DNA of 39,264 nt from Syntrophaceae bacterium UBA3084 (GCA_002367335.1 DFBI01000047.1:1-39264), one strand, 5' to 3'; shown: positions 29,124 through 38,708, counted from the stretch's first letter. The notes: generated by a model not told the origin, from the letters alone. Numbers and translations: made by a program.

Positions 29124-30142
29124 CCCTGAAACTCGATATAGGTTGAACATTTATCAGACTCTTCGATGGCATACAGCAATTTTAAAACCTTATGGTCGTT
29201 TTCCATGGAATTGATAAAAAGGGTTTTTTCTTCTATGGCCTGTATAAAAGCCTCCAACTCGTCAATATACATGTTTTCGCCTATATTCGGATTATAATCC
29301 CCCTCGGCTGGTTTCATTTCATAGGGCATGCTTTTCCATTCATTCATTTTTGGATCATATACCTGTATTTGATTTTGATTCCAATCCCACTGCAATTGCT
29401 TTTTATCTCCATTTATAAGGAGTCTCCTTGTAGCATAACGGGACACTACATCAATTGTCATTGTGGCCATAAAATCTTTGTAATCAAGGAGAAAATTATA
29501 AGTATCGTCAATTTCTTCCGCCCCTTTTATATCAATAGTCTTCCTGACATTTCCGCATACCCGTTTTGGAAATCCGAACAGATGTGTCAACCAGGTTAGT
29601 TCAAAGGGCACAATTTCCCGTGCCCCTCCAGTTGCGTGGTTGGAGACATAGTAGTCGGACACCTTTTCATAAGTATGCCAGTCAGGGAGATATTGCCCAG
29701 AATGAAAAATGATATTTGATACCTTGCCCAATACTTTTGATTTTAAAATATCGGATATTCTTTGTATCGCCGGATGAAAAAGAAGGGTTGATGAAGGAGC
29801 GGCCACTATGTCTGTATTTCTCAGTTTCTCCTTAATAATATCCATGTTTGTATCCACTACACTAGCCTCCACAAAAAAATGGATACCTTTTTCAATAGCA
29901 ATTTCCATATAAAGATGGTGAAAATCTGGAGGGACTGAGATAATAAGAGCGGAAGGCTTCTCGCTGTCCAGGGCTGTTCCTATATTGGAATAGCTTCTTA
30001 TCCCATACTTTTCCTCTGCTTCCTTTCGCCTGCCTTCTCTTACATCAAACCCCGCAATATCGTTAGTTTTATAACCTAAGGCCTTCAGACACCGAACCCT
30101 TCTTTTCCCCATGGATCCAAGACCAACTATTAAAAATCTCAT
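29120..30142 (-). CDS. Gfo/Idh/MocA family oxidoreductase
   Basis: VGLGSMGKRR, PPDFH, GQYLPDWH. Confidence 0.85.
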   Translation of the reverse strand: MRFLIVGLGSMGKRRVRCLKALGYKTNDIAGFDVREGRRKEAEEKYGIRSYSNIGTALDSEKPSALIISVPPDFHHLYMEIAIEKGIHFFVEASVVDTNMDIIKEKLRNTDIVAAPSSTLLFHPAIQRISDILKSKVLGKVSNIIFHSGQYLPDWHTYEKVSDYYVSNHATGGAREIVPFELTWLTHLFGFPKRVCGNVRKTIDIKGAEEIDDTYNFLLDYKDFMATMTIDVVSRYATRRLLINGDKKQLQWDWNQNQIQVYDPKMNEWKSMPYEMKPAEGDYNPNIGENMYIDELEAFIQAIEEKTLFINSMENDHKVLKLLYAIEESDKCSTYIEFQG

Positions 30143-30195
30143 TTCTTATCCTCCGACGGATCTTTGAAACAAATAGTTATGAGTTGGTACGCTCT

Positions 30196-30243
30196 TGAGT
30201 TCAGAAGTTCATAGCCTCAACAGCTTAACAGCTCATCAACTCA
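30196..30243. repeat. short 8-nt-period repeat/hairpin directly after a stop codon
   Basis: Minus strand GTTGATGA GCTGTTAA GCTGTTGA then CTATGAAC TTCTGAAC TCA. Confidence 0.5.
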
Positions 30244-31299
30244 AATCCCCTCAATCACTTTCAACGTCTTGCGATACTCCGCCCACTGGCCTATGTCGAT
30301 CCAGGCTTTTTCACTGACGGGGTAAACACCTATTGTGCCGTTTTTTTCTCTTACTTTATCCATCAGATGGGTGATGTGGAACAATTTATTGTCCGGAATC
30401 AGGTCTATTACGTTTGGATTCAGAACATACAGCCCTGTATTCACCAGAAAACTGTACTCCGGTTTTTCCTGAATCCGTTCCAGGCTGCAGCTAGTGTTCA
30501 ATTCACATATCCCGTACGGGATGTTAAACTGCTTAGTTGACGCCACCAATGTAATGTCGTAGCTGTTTTTTGTATGAAAGCGATAAAGATGAGCATAGTC
30601 GGCTTCGATAATGATATCGCAGTTGGACACAAAGAATGGCCTGTCCAGCTTGTCCTTGAGCAGTTTGAGACTGCCGGCAGTGCCTCTTGGCTCATCTTCT
30701 TCAGCAAAGCCTATGGAATAGTCCGGTTTTTTTTCTTCAAAATAGGCGCGCAGGATTTTGGACATGTGATGTATTGTAAGATAAAACTCGCACACGCCAT
30801 AGGCCCTGAATCTGTCTATGATATGATCGATTACGGGTTTGTCGCCAACAGGGATAAGGGGCTTGGGCAAAACTTTTGTAAAAGGTTCTAGGCGGGTTCC
30901 CCTGCCGCCGGCCATAATCACAACCGGGGCGTCCAGTTTTTGATCTCCTGATCTTCTGTTATTCCCGAATACCTTTTCCCAGGTTATGAAGTCTACTACT
31001 TTGCGATTCTGATCCAGGATGGGAACCAGATCAATTTTATTTTCTGTGAAAATCTTTTTAATTTTTTCCGGATCAAAATCTTCCTGGAATACAAAAATTG
31101 GTTTTTTGTTGTAGGCATTTTCAATGGCGCCGATCAGATCCTGCTCTTTGAGAATGTAACGTCTGATATCGCCGTCAGTCAAAGCGCCGATCAGGGCCTG
31201 GCTCTCGTCAACTACGAGCAGAACCTTCTCCGCTGTTTTATCCAAGGCTTCCATGGCCTCTTTGATGGTGGCTTTGGGATGTATGGTTATGTCTTTCAT
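30241..31299 (-). CDS. CBS-domain nucleotidyltransferase (PtmE-like GlcN-1-P guanylyltransferase)
   Basis: LTDGDIRR CBS pair; MAGGRGTRLEPFT..PKPL; WIDIG. Confidence 0.9.
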   Translation of the reverse strand: MKDITIHPKATIKEAMEALDKTAEKVLLVVDESQALIGALTDGDIRRYILKEQDLIGAIENAYNKKPIFVFQEDFDPEKIKKIFTENKIDLVPILDQNRKVVDFITWEKVFGNNRRSGDQKLDAPVVIMAGGRGTRLEPFTKVLPKPLIPVGDKPVIDHIIDRFRAYGVCEFYLTIHHMSKILRAYFEEKKPDYSIGFAEEDEPRGTAGSLKLLKDKLDRPFFVSNCDIIIEADYAHLYRFHTKNSYDITLVASTKQFNIPYGICELNTSCSLERIQEKPEYSFLVNTGLYVLNPNVIDLIPDNKLFHITHLMDKVREKNGTIGVYPVSEKAWIDIGQWAEYRKTLKVIEGI

Positions 31300-31327
31300 A
31301 ACGGCCTTATTTTTTTATTTCACAAGA

Positions 31328-32497
31328 TTAACTATCCATTTTAATATCGTAAAATTCTTTCTTCAGAATATTTTTCAGATCAAAATGTCTGATGGTTTCC
31401 TTGATAGTCTTTGCTGTGTTTTCTCCCTCATAGGGATTCCGTAAGTTCTGGAGGCTTTGTCTAAATTCGGTGGAGAGCGCTTGCTTAATCGATTTAACAA
31501 TTGCTTCCTTTGCTGGTGAGCAGTTAATGACACTTTTGGTCTGAATACGCCCTTTTTGCCTGTCGCCTATGTTAACAGTAGGGACCTTAAAGCTTGGCGC
31601 CTCTACGATTCCACTTGATGAATTGCCAACTACGGCTTCTACATGTTTCATGGCGCTCAAATACCGGAGCTGACCCATTGATGTAAACGAAATGGCAGCG
31701 TTTGTCTCTGTTGTCACATATTCATCAATCATCTGGTTAATAATCCGGCCTTCAGTGTCCGCATTGGATTTTGTAAAAATCACACGTAAACCGTCAATTG
31801 TATCTATGGCATCAAGAAGATTTTGGAATTGCGTCTGAGCAGTCGCTTGTTCGAGAGTTACAGGGTGATAAGTGACAAGAATGTATTGCTGTCCAAGAGA
31901 GAAACCGATTTCTTTTTCCAGATCCTCTCGCGACAGAAGCGGCAGTTTTCGAATATTTTCGATTCCGAGGGCACCCACATTAAAGACCCTGTCCGGCGAT
32001 TCACCCAGTTGAATGACCCGTTTTCTATATTCATCTGTAGCGGTAAAATGGAGATGACTCATCTTGGTAATTGAATGCCGGAAGGCTTCGTCAACTGCTC
32101 CCCGCGTGGTTTCCCCGCCGTGTATATGGCCAATTGGGATGCGAGAGACACAAGCCGCACCGGCAGCGCAAAAGATCTCAAACCGGTCACCCAAGAGGAC
32201 CAGAATATCAGGTTTCAACTCATCATAGGCCTCTGCAAAACCGATCATGCCAAGGCCCATCGATTTTGAAATGCCTACTGGTGTATCTGAAGAGAGGAGC
32301 ATCTCAATTTTTTTATTAATCTTAAAGCCGTCTTCTTCTATCTGCCTATATGTCAGTCCAAACTCTGGCGAAAGATGCATACCCGTTGCGATAATCTGGA
32401 GTTCAAGGTCAGAATCCGCCTGGATTGCCTTCATCAGCCAGTAAAACAGGCCGTATTCCGCGCGGGTTCCGGTGACAATGCAGATTTTGCGTCTCAT
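31328..32497 (-). CDS. neuC: hydrolysing NDP-sugar 2-epimerase (NeuC/LegG)
   Basis: TGTRAEYG, GMHLSPEFG, LGDRFE, HIHGGE, GNSSSGIVEAP, NIGDRQKGR; start re-placed at MRRK. Confidence 0.94.
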   Translation of the reverse strand: MRRKICIVTGTRAEYGLFYWLMKAIQADSDLELQIIATGMHLSPEFGLTYRQIEEDGFKINKKIEMLLSSDTPVGISKSMGLGMIGFAEAYDELKPDILVLLGDRFEIFCAAGAACVSRIPIGHIHGGETTRGAVDEAFRHSITKMSHLHFTATDEYRKRVIQLGESPDRVFNVGALGIENIRKLPLLSREDLEKEIGFSLGQQYILVTYHPVTLEQATAQTQFQNLLDAIDTIDGLRVIFTKSNADTEGRIINQMIDEYVTTETNAAISFTSMGQLRYLSAMKHVEAVVGNSSSGIVEAPSFKVPTVNIGDRQKGRIQTKSVINCSPAKEAIVKSIKQALSTEFRQSLQNLRNPYEGENTAKTIKETIRHFDLKNILKKEFYDIKMDS

Positions 32498-32501
32498 TTC
32501 G

Positions 32502-33533
32502 TTAGCTTGTGGTTCGTAGTTGGTAACCAATCAGCTCGTCAACTTTGTAATCTCTGTCTGCCTTCCGCCCAATCACCTCATCCCATCGCATTGGACTGAT
32601 GCCTGTTCCGGGCCGCTTTGTGGTCAGATTTTCCTCGGTGAATTCTTCGCCTTCTTTAATGTCTCTTGCTGCCACAATGCTCTTTCGAGCGACGGGTTTG
32701 TTTTTCAGTTCCGAAGGCGACGGCTTTTTTATTTCGCTGCCAAGAGCTTTTTCGATATTGTGGATAGCCCGAACCATGGCTTTGAGTTCATCCGGTTCAA
32801 GAGAGGCTTTGTGATCCGGGCCTTCCATATTCTTGCTCAGAGTGAAATGCTTTTCGATGATCGAAGCTCCCATGGCAACGGCTGCAACAGGGACCTCAAT
32901 GCCTAATGTATGATCAGAATAACCGACTCGAATGCCGGGGGAGGCGGCCTTGATTGTGAGCATAGCCCTTAGATTTACATCCTGCATGGGTGTTGGATAC
33001 TCAGTATTGCAATGCAGGACTGCGATCTTATTAAGCGTAGTTCCAGCAGTAACCAATATATCAAGAGCAGCTTCGATCTCGCCTAAATCCGCCATGCCGG
33101 TGGAAAGAATTATCTCTTTTTTGAGAATGCCGATTTTTCGCAGATAGGGCAGGTTAGTAATCTCGCCTGATGGAATCTTGAAGGTCTCCAACCCCAGATT
33201 GTGCAAGAGGTCGATACTTTCCAGATCAAACGGACTGGAGAGAAACTGTATATCTTTCTGTCTGCAATAGGCGATGAGTTCCCTGTGAGCATCAGCATCC
33301 AGTTCAAGCCTTTTGATCATCTCGTACTGTGATTCGGCTCTGTCAGTAGTCTGTCTCTGATAATCAGCCTTTTGGGCCGACTTGCATACTACTTTGTCCG
33401 CCAAAAACGTCTGGAATTTTACGGCATCTGATCCAGCATCTACGGCAGCATCAATCATTTTTTTAGCCAGCTCCAGGCTTCCATTGTGATTTACGCCTGC
33501 TTCGGCAATGATGAAGGTTCTTTTATAGTTCAT
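32502..33533 (-). CDS. neuB: nonulosonic acid synthase (NeuB/LegI)
   Basis: IIAEAGVNHNG, KFQTF, LHCNTEYP, GYSDHT, EKHFTL, C-terminal SAF domain. Confidence 0.95.
   Translation of the reverse strand: MNYKRTFIIAEAGVNHNGSLELAKKMIDAAVDAGSDAVKFQTFLADKVVCKSAQKADYQRQTTDRAESQYEMIKRLELDADAHRELIAYCRQKDIQFLSSPFDLESIDLLHNLGLETFKIPSGEITNLPYLRKIGILKKEIILSTGMADLGEIEAALDILVTAGTTLNKIAVLHCNTEYPTPMQDVNLRAMLTIKAASPGIRVGYSDHTLGIEVPVAAVAMGASIIEKHFTLSKNMEGPDHKASLEPDELKAMVRAIHNIEKALGSEIKKPSPSELKNKPVARKSIVAARDIKEGEEFTEENLTTKRPGTGISPMRWDEVIGRKADRDYKVDELIGYQLRTTS
32503..32528. repeat. short heptamer run (TAGYTSG-like) at the neuB 3' end
   Basis: tagcttg tggttcg tagttgg taacc. Confidence 0.6.
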
Positions 33534-33557
33534 AGCTGGTAGCTCGTAGTTGGTAGC
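33526..33557. repeat. short heptamer run (TAGYTSG-like) containing the neuB start codon
   Basis: tagttca tagctgg tagctcg tagttgg tagc. Confidence 0.7.
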
Positions 33558-33572
33558 AAAAGAAGTGAAAGC

Positions 33573-34187
33573 TCAAAGATGAAAGATAGAAGAATTTGGG
33601 GGAGCATTCTTGATAATCTTTGCCCCGCAACCAATTATAGAATTTTCACCGATTTCAATATATTCCCGTGTTACCGCATTGCTGCCGAAAAAAGTCCCTC
33701 GACCAACCTTAACCCCACCGTTGATTACAGCGTCTGTGGCGATGTGGCAATGATCTTCGATGACGGCATCATGTTCGATAAGTGCCCTGGTATTGATGAT
33801 GCAGTTTTCCCCGATTTTTGCTCCAGCATTCACCAGTGCATAGTGCATGACGATAGTTCCCTCTTCAAGCCGGGCATGTCTCGAAACATAAGCCAGCGGC
33901 GATATAATTACAGGCAGCCTGCCGCCAAGTTTTTTTACTTTCTCGAAAAGCCTTATCCGCTTTTCCGGACTCTTGATCTGACCCAGAGTAACTAGGCAAT
34001 TCTTATGTTCCTTGACCAGATCAGGCAGATCATCATCTGTGGCGATGATTTCATAGCCCAGAATCTTCTGATGCAGCTTTTCCGGCACATCCACAATGCC
34101 CGCGATCTGAAACGTTCCAGCCTGTTCGATTACGTCAACGCAGGATTTACAGTGACCGCCTCCTCCTATGAGAATTATTTTATGCAT
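33573..34187 (-). CDS. NeuD/PglD/LegH-family sugar acetyltransferase
   Basis: IGGGGH N-terminus, hexapeptide repeats, INTRALIEHD. Confidence 0.92.
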   Translation of the reverse strand: MHKIILIGGGGHCKSCVDVIEQAGTFQIAGIVDVPEKLHQKILGYEIIATDDDLPDLVKEHKNCLVTLGQIKSPEKRIRLFEKVKKLGGRLPVIISPLAYVSRHARLEEGTIVMHYALVNAGAKIGENCIINTRALIEHDAVIEDHCHIATDAVINGGVKVGRGTFFGSNAVTREYIEIGENSIIGCGAKIIKNAPPNSSIFHL

Positions 34188-35811
34188 TTTGAAAAAATTT
34201 AATAATATAGTCTATTTCAGGCTCTTTTAAATTTACAGAACATGGAATATTAATAGTTTTGTCAATCAAATCATTTGCTTTTTCGATTTGATAAAATTGA
34301 CAACTCCTATAGGGCTTTTGCATATGGTTAAGGTACCATACAGGGCGTGTCTGAATATTGTTTTCAGTAAGGTAGGTCATTAACTGTTCTCTGTCTTTTC
34401 CGTATGCGCTTTTATCAATTTGCAATGCGTACATCCAATGATTGTTTTCCGCATATTCCGGAGTTTTCGCAATATGTAATCCTGAAATTTCATCAATTTC
34501 GTTTTTATAACGTCGATAGTTCCGCTTCTTTGTCTTTAAATATCCTGGAAGTTGTTCCAACTGTGCAACACCCATTGCCGCCTGAATATTTGTTAATCTG
34601 TAATTATAACCAATCTCATTATGAATATAACGAATTCCATCATCTTTGGCCTGTGTGGTCAGATATCTCGCTTTTTCCGCCAGCGCCGGATCATCGGTTA
34701 AGATCATCCCGCCGCCGCCGGTAGTGATTAACTTGTTCCCATTAAAGGAAAGACAGCCAAGTGTCCCCACAGTGCCGCAATGCCTGCCCTTATGTTTCCC
34801 GCTGATATACCGCGTGCCGAGACTTTCTGTGGCATCTTCAATGATTTTGATATTACGCTTGAGGCAGATATCGGTTAGTTCATCAAGGAATACGGCATTG
34901 CCAAATACATGGACAGGAATAATTGCGGAAATTCGCCTGCCGGTTAAACGGTTGTACGTGGATCCACTTCGAAATTCCGTCTCCTTTTCCAGAAAGCGGA
35001 TTACCTTGCCGGCATCAATGTTATAATATCGATCACAGTCCATAAACACCGGATCTGCCGATAAATATATAACAACATTTATCGGCGAGATAAAGGTTAA
35101 GGTCGGCACAATCACTTCATCCCCGGGCTGCACACCCGCCAGATTTAAGGCAATATGCAGAGCGGCAGTGCCGTTCATGCAGGCCACGGCATGCTTTGCG
35201 CCGGTGTATTCAGCAATCCTTTGCTCAAAGAGGTCCACATACTTTCCCACAGAGGAGACCCACTCGGTATCAAGACACTCCTTGATGTACTTCCATTCGT
35301 TGCCTTGAATAGATGGAACTGAAAGTGGAATAACTTTGCTATATTCTTTCTTTTCCGCTCCTTTGTTTTCTTCGCCGGAAAAAGGGTTAATTACATCAAA
35401 AAAATCGTATTTTTTAAAATCCTTGTCGTTTGCGGTAATAAATTTCTTGATATTGTTATGCTTACATAGATTTGCAATTAAATGATCATAGATTTCATAT
35501 TTTCGGACGTTATGATTTGCGGCACTTTCAAAAGTAACCTCCAAAATATCTATATTTGTTTCCAATACCTCTATTTTTTTATTAAGTAAGATATTCTTAA
35601 TAATTCCATAGGATTTATCCGGTGAAATTGGGTCGCTAACCACCTTATCATTAGTAATGATCTGATAAAATTCAATCAAACTTATATCAGCAATAGCAAA
35701 TCCATCTGCCCGGATCAGGTCTTCAAGGACTGCTTCTGCCTTATCATTAAACTGTGACTGGGCATTAAAAGCATATATAAGGATATTGCTATCTATACAA
35801 ATATCCATCAT
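34180..35811 (-). CDS. legC: PIN (VapC-like) domain fused in frame to a LegC-family aminotransferase
   Basis: aa 1-144 PIN (IDSNILIYA, LIEF, IYDHLI, TANDKDF, VINPF); from IPLSVP onward LegC (NGTAALH, EDATESLG, SFNGNKLITTGGGG, GYNYRL). Confidence 0.88.
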   Translation of the reverse strand: MMDICIDSNILIYAFNAQSQFNDKAEAVLEDLIRADGFAIADISLIEFYQIITNDKVVSDPISPDKSYGIIKNILLNKKIEVLETNIDILEVTFESAANHNVRKYEIYDHLIANLCKHNNIKKFITANDKDFKKYDFFDVINPFSGEENKGAEKKEYSKVIPLSVPSIQGNEWKYIKECLDTEWVSSVGKYVDLFEQRIAEYTGAKHAVACMNGTAALHIALNLAGVQPGDEVIVPTLTFISPINVVIYLSADPVFMDCDRYYNIDAGKVIRFLEKETEFRSGSTYNRLTGRRISAIIPVHVFGNAVFLDELTDICLKRNIKIIEDATESLGTRYISGKHKGRHCGTVGTLGCLSFNGNKLITTGGGGMILTDDPALAEKARYLTTQAKDDGIRYIHNEIGYNYRLTNIQAAMGVAQLEQLPGYLKTKKRNYRRYKNEIDEISGLHIAKTPEYAENNHWMYALQIDKSAYGKDREQLMTYLTENNIQTRPVWYLNHMQKPYRSCQFYQIEKANDLIDKTINIPCSVNLKEPEIDYIIKFFQNA

Positions 35812-36031
35812 CGTCTCTTCTATGCAGAAATTCTCTTGTTAAATTATCCTCTTTTAATTTTATTTTTGGTCCTTTTCTCAACAGCTCAATAAAATCTTTT
35901 GCGTCTTTAGTCTTATCTTCCTTTTCAATATCATAAATAATTTTTAGTTGCTTACCTGTTAATTTTTTCAGTAAATCAGGACTAATATCCAAAACTCCAT
36001 TGGATTTCATTTTGGTAATTATATGCTGCAT
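35789..36031 (-). CDS. small putative antitoxin (VapB-like)
   Basis: 80 aa, AAGGAGG SD, overlaps the PIN start, ends in an LTRExLHxR motif common in PIN partners. Confidence 0.65.
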   Translation of the reverse strand: MQHIITKMKSNGVLDISPDLLKKLTGKQLKIIYDIEKEDKTKDAKDFIELLRKGPKIKLKEDNLTREFLHRRDDDGYLYR

Positions 36032-36057
36032 GTTGCCTCCTTAAACCGCCTCTCTTT

Positions 36058-37050
36058 TCAAATATTGTAGATATCAAACTTATATTTCTGCAAATTTTCA
36101 GGGTTCGTAAACCAGTTGATCGTCTTTTCAAGTCCTTCTCTTATTGAATACTTCGGCTCAAAACCGGTTAATTCCCTTATTTTTGTATTGTCGCACCACA
36201 AGCGATATACCTCTGATTTCTCGGGACGAAGGCGTGTATTATCTGTGATTACTTCTACATCGGAATTCATGATTTCTTTGATTTTATCAACTACGTCTCC
36301 TATGGAAATCTCAAAGTTGGAACCAATATTTACCGTCTCACCGATTGCCTTTTCGCATTCAGCAAGGGCAATAAATCCACGGCATATATCCTCAACGTAG
36401 CTGAGATCGCGCGTTGGGGTTAGATCACCAAGATTTATTACCCTTTTGCCACTTACAATCTGGGTAATAATGGTCGGGATAACCGCTCGAGCTGACTGGC
36501 GCGGCCCATAAGTATTAAATGGGCGTGCAATAATCAAAGGCAAGTTAAACGCATTGTGAAAACTTTTGGCCATTGCATCCGCGCAGATTTTTGAAGCACT
36601 GTAAGGTGACTGCGGCTGTAATGGGTGTTTTTCGTTAATAGGAACATACTGGGCTGTGCCATAGACTTCGGATGTGGATGTATGGATCACACGTTCACAC
36701 CCATTTTCAAGCGCCCCCTGGCAGATATTTAGTGTCCCTTTGATATTTGTATCCGCATAGCTGTCAGGCGCAACATAAGAATACGGTATCGCAATAAGAG
36801 CCGCCAGATGGAATATCACATCTACACCTTTGGTTATATGCTTGCAATAATGGGGATCGCGCACATCACCGGTTAGCACTTCAATATCATCCAGACAATC
36901 TATATCCTCCAGCCATCCCCAATAGTTGAAGGAATTATAGCAGCTTAATGCCTTGACGTCGGCACCGTGCTCCACCAGCATCTCAGTAAGATGCGAGCCA
37001 ATGAAGCCATCAGCACCGGTTACGAGAATGCGCTTATTTTTCAAATACAA
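36058..37050 (-). CDS. legB: NAD-dependent 4,6-dehydratase, LegB-like
   Basis: TGADGFIGSHL, YNSFNYWGWL, LIAIPYSY, PQSPYSASK, RLRPEKSEV; AAGGAG SD before TTG. Confidence 0.88.
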   Translation of the reverse strand: MYLKNKRILVTGADGFIGSHLTEMLVEHGADVKALSCYNSFNYWGWLEDIDCLDDIEVLTGDVRDPHYCKHITKGVDVIFHLAALIAIPYSYVAPDSYADTNIKGTLNICQGALENGCERVIHTSTSEVYGTAQYVPINEKHPLQPQSPYSASKICADAMAKSFHNAFNLPLIIARPFNTYGPRQSARAVIPTIITQIVSGKRVINLGDLTPTRDLSYVEDICRGFIALAECEKAIGETVNIGSNFEISIGDVVDKIKEIMNSDVEVITDNTRLRPEKSEVYRLWCDNTKIRELTGFEPKYSIREGLEKTINWFTNPENLQKYKFDIYNI

Positions 37051-37071
37051 TCTTTACTCCTTATTGTTATT

Positions 37072-37345
37072 ACTAATGGGGGACGTTGGTGCAAAGCTGC
37101 GTAAAGTTCGCTCGAGCCCACAGAGGCACAGAGGAATTATGAATAGGAAAGGAGGGCATGATTCTATGCGTCCCTTCTATCGCATCTCGTTTTTAATCAG
37201 CAGCTCCTATCGGCAGTCTCCGAACTCTGATACGTTTCTCCTCAAAGACAACGACCGCACCACCTCTTAACTCGTCCTCAATAGCAGAAAGATTAGCCAC
37301 AAGCAAAGAAACCTGCCTTTCGAATCACTAATGGGGGACGTTGGT
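37072..37345. repeat. exact 19-bp direct repeat ACTAATGGGGGACGTTGGT (37072-37090 and 37327-37345)
   Basis: Read directly. Confidence 0.92.
37193..37321 (-). pseudogene. 3' stub of a DUF5615-type PIN-like toxin
   Basis: [42 protein letters not shown]. Confidence 0.7.
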
Positions 37346-37357
37346 AGTTTTGTCAGT

Positions 37358-37600
37358 TTATGCAAGTATATCCCTCAACTTTGGGTCATTGTCAACTATC
37401 ATTTTTCCCCTATACACGCATTGACCGACACTTACCCGCCCAATACTCAGTGCCTCGGCAACCTCCGAAGCACTGTATCCGTTATCGCTTACAGCTAGGA
37501 ATGATATTATAGCTCGAGCCATACTAACTTCCCTTCTTCGGCTAGAAGAAATGATAGAGTTCGTTTTTAGATCAAGGTGGGAAGCGACTTTATCAATTAA
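37358..37600 (-). pseudogene. 3' stub with a DnaA-C-like HTH, as at the C-terminus of RAYT/IS200-like tyrosine transposases
   Basis: LIDKVASHLDLKTNSIISSSRRREVSMARAIISFLAVSDNGYSASEVAEALSIGRVSVGQCVYRGKM.., no start codon at its 5' end, followed by AACGTCCCCC. Confidence 0.65.
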
Positions 37601-37662
37601 TTAATCTCTTAAACCTTCAGCTATGCTGATGGTCCTAGTTTTGCTATGCGGGTAAGTGGGAG

Positions 37663-37907
37663 TATTTTTTCACCGCCCGCTTCGCTCAAGACGCAAAGTT
37701 CGCAAAGAAAAGATATATTTTTTCTGCTGAGAGGGCAGAAAAGAATACGCTTACGCAAAAACCATAGCATAATCATTCAAAGCACATATATACCGACGAA
37801 TAGAATTGTATAGTTGCCATAAGGCTTGTAGCTTTTGTTTTCCTTTCTTTCAAAGGAAAACAAAAAGGAAGTAAACTTGGCGTTCTTTGCGTCTTTGCGG
37901 TAAAATA
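37663..37907. repeat. structured non-coding element with terminal inverted repeats and inner hairpins
   Basis: AAGACGCAAAGTTCGCAAAG pairs with CTTGGCGTTCTTTGCGTCTT; perfect 14-bp stem at 37833-37865; 8-bp stem at 37720-37742. Confidence 0.72.
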
Positions 37908-38209
37908 GATGCCAGGAATCATCAGCCTTGTCACTCTGCGGTGTCTTGCACCAAGTTAATCCTCGACTTAAACCTGGCGAAAGGAAGAAACTGCCCCACG
38001 GGTTCGAGACCCAAGGCAGGGACCTTCTCTTCCGCTAGAATGGCTGGTTTTACCGATAAAAGAAAGCTTTTCATTTTTTTAACTTTGAACATACAAGGCA
38101 AAATCACCACTGCCCAAAATTCTTTCATCTCCCTTTTCCCATTCTTCCTTCTTTCTCCCCAATAGATTCCTTTTGTTCCCGCCCGCGCTTCGGACCAATC
38201 CACCACCCG

Positions 38210-38244
38210 ATAAAGCTCAAAGCTGAATGCTGAATGCTCAAAGC
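38210..38244. repeat. heptamer array (TSAAWGC) x5, 2 nt after the four-helix pseudogene stop
   Basis: ataaagc tcaaagc tgaatgc tgaatgc tcaaagc. Confidence 0.85.
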
Positions 38245-38450
38245 AACTAAGATGAAGAGATCGAATTTATGAGACCCTTTATCATGGACACTATTTCTTT
38301 ACCATGCATTTCGAGTTGAGAATAACGATCATCAGATATCCATTTCTTTCTCCGGAAAATTTCGAGCAAGGTCATTGTTTCATATAATGACCCCCTTGAT
38401 ATGTACAAATATTGCACAAACTCCTTTTTTGAAAAACGACCTTGCCCTCT

Positions 38451-38708
38451 TTACCCGGTTAAATAAGATTTGAGTCGCTTTTTTAGAAACATTCTGCCAT
38501 GATATGTCTTTAGATATTTTTCACGTCTTGTTGCATCTTCTCTACTAAGACAGGCTTCATAATAGATCAAATTGAAAGGTGCTCTTTTTTTAGTAGAATC
38601 CACAAGGCCCTTGTTATGTCGCTCAAATCTTAACTTGAGTTCTTTTGTGAATCCAATATAGAATTTTCCATCCTTTTGGCTTTGCAAGACATAAGTGTAA
38701 TACATCAC
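38451..38708 (-). CDS. small GIY-YIG nuclease family protein
   Basis: YTYVLQS, FYIGFT, RFERHNKG, YYEA, ATRREKYLK. Confidence 0.92.
   Translation of the reverse strand: MMYYTYVLQSQKDGKFYIGFTKELKLRFERHNKGLVDSTKKRAPFNLIYYEACLSREDATRREKYLKTYHGRMFLKKRLKSYLTG

Noticed and set aside
431..36400. Numerous plus-strand ORFs in the track
   Set aside because: Antisense shadows of well-supported minus-strand genes.
37887..38206. Overlapping 91-92 aa ORFs on both strands
   Set aside because: No motif or convincing start; they lie in a region of remnants.
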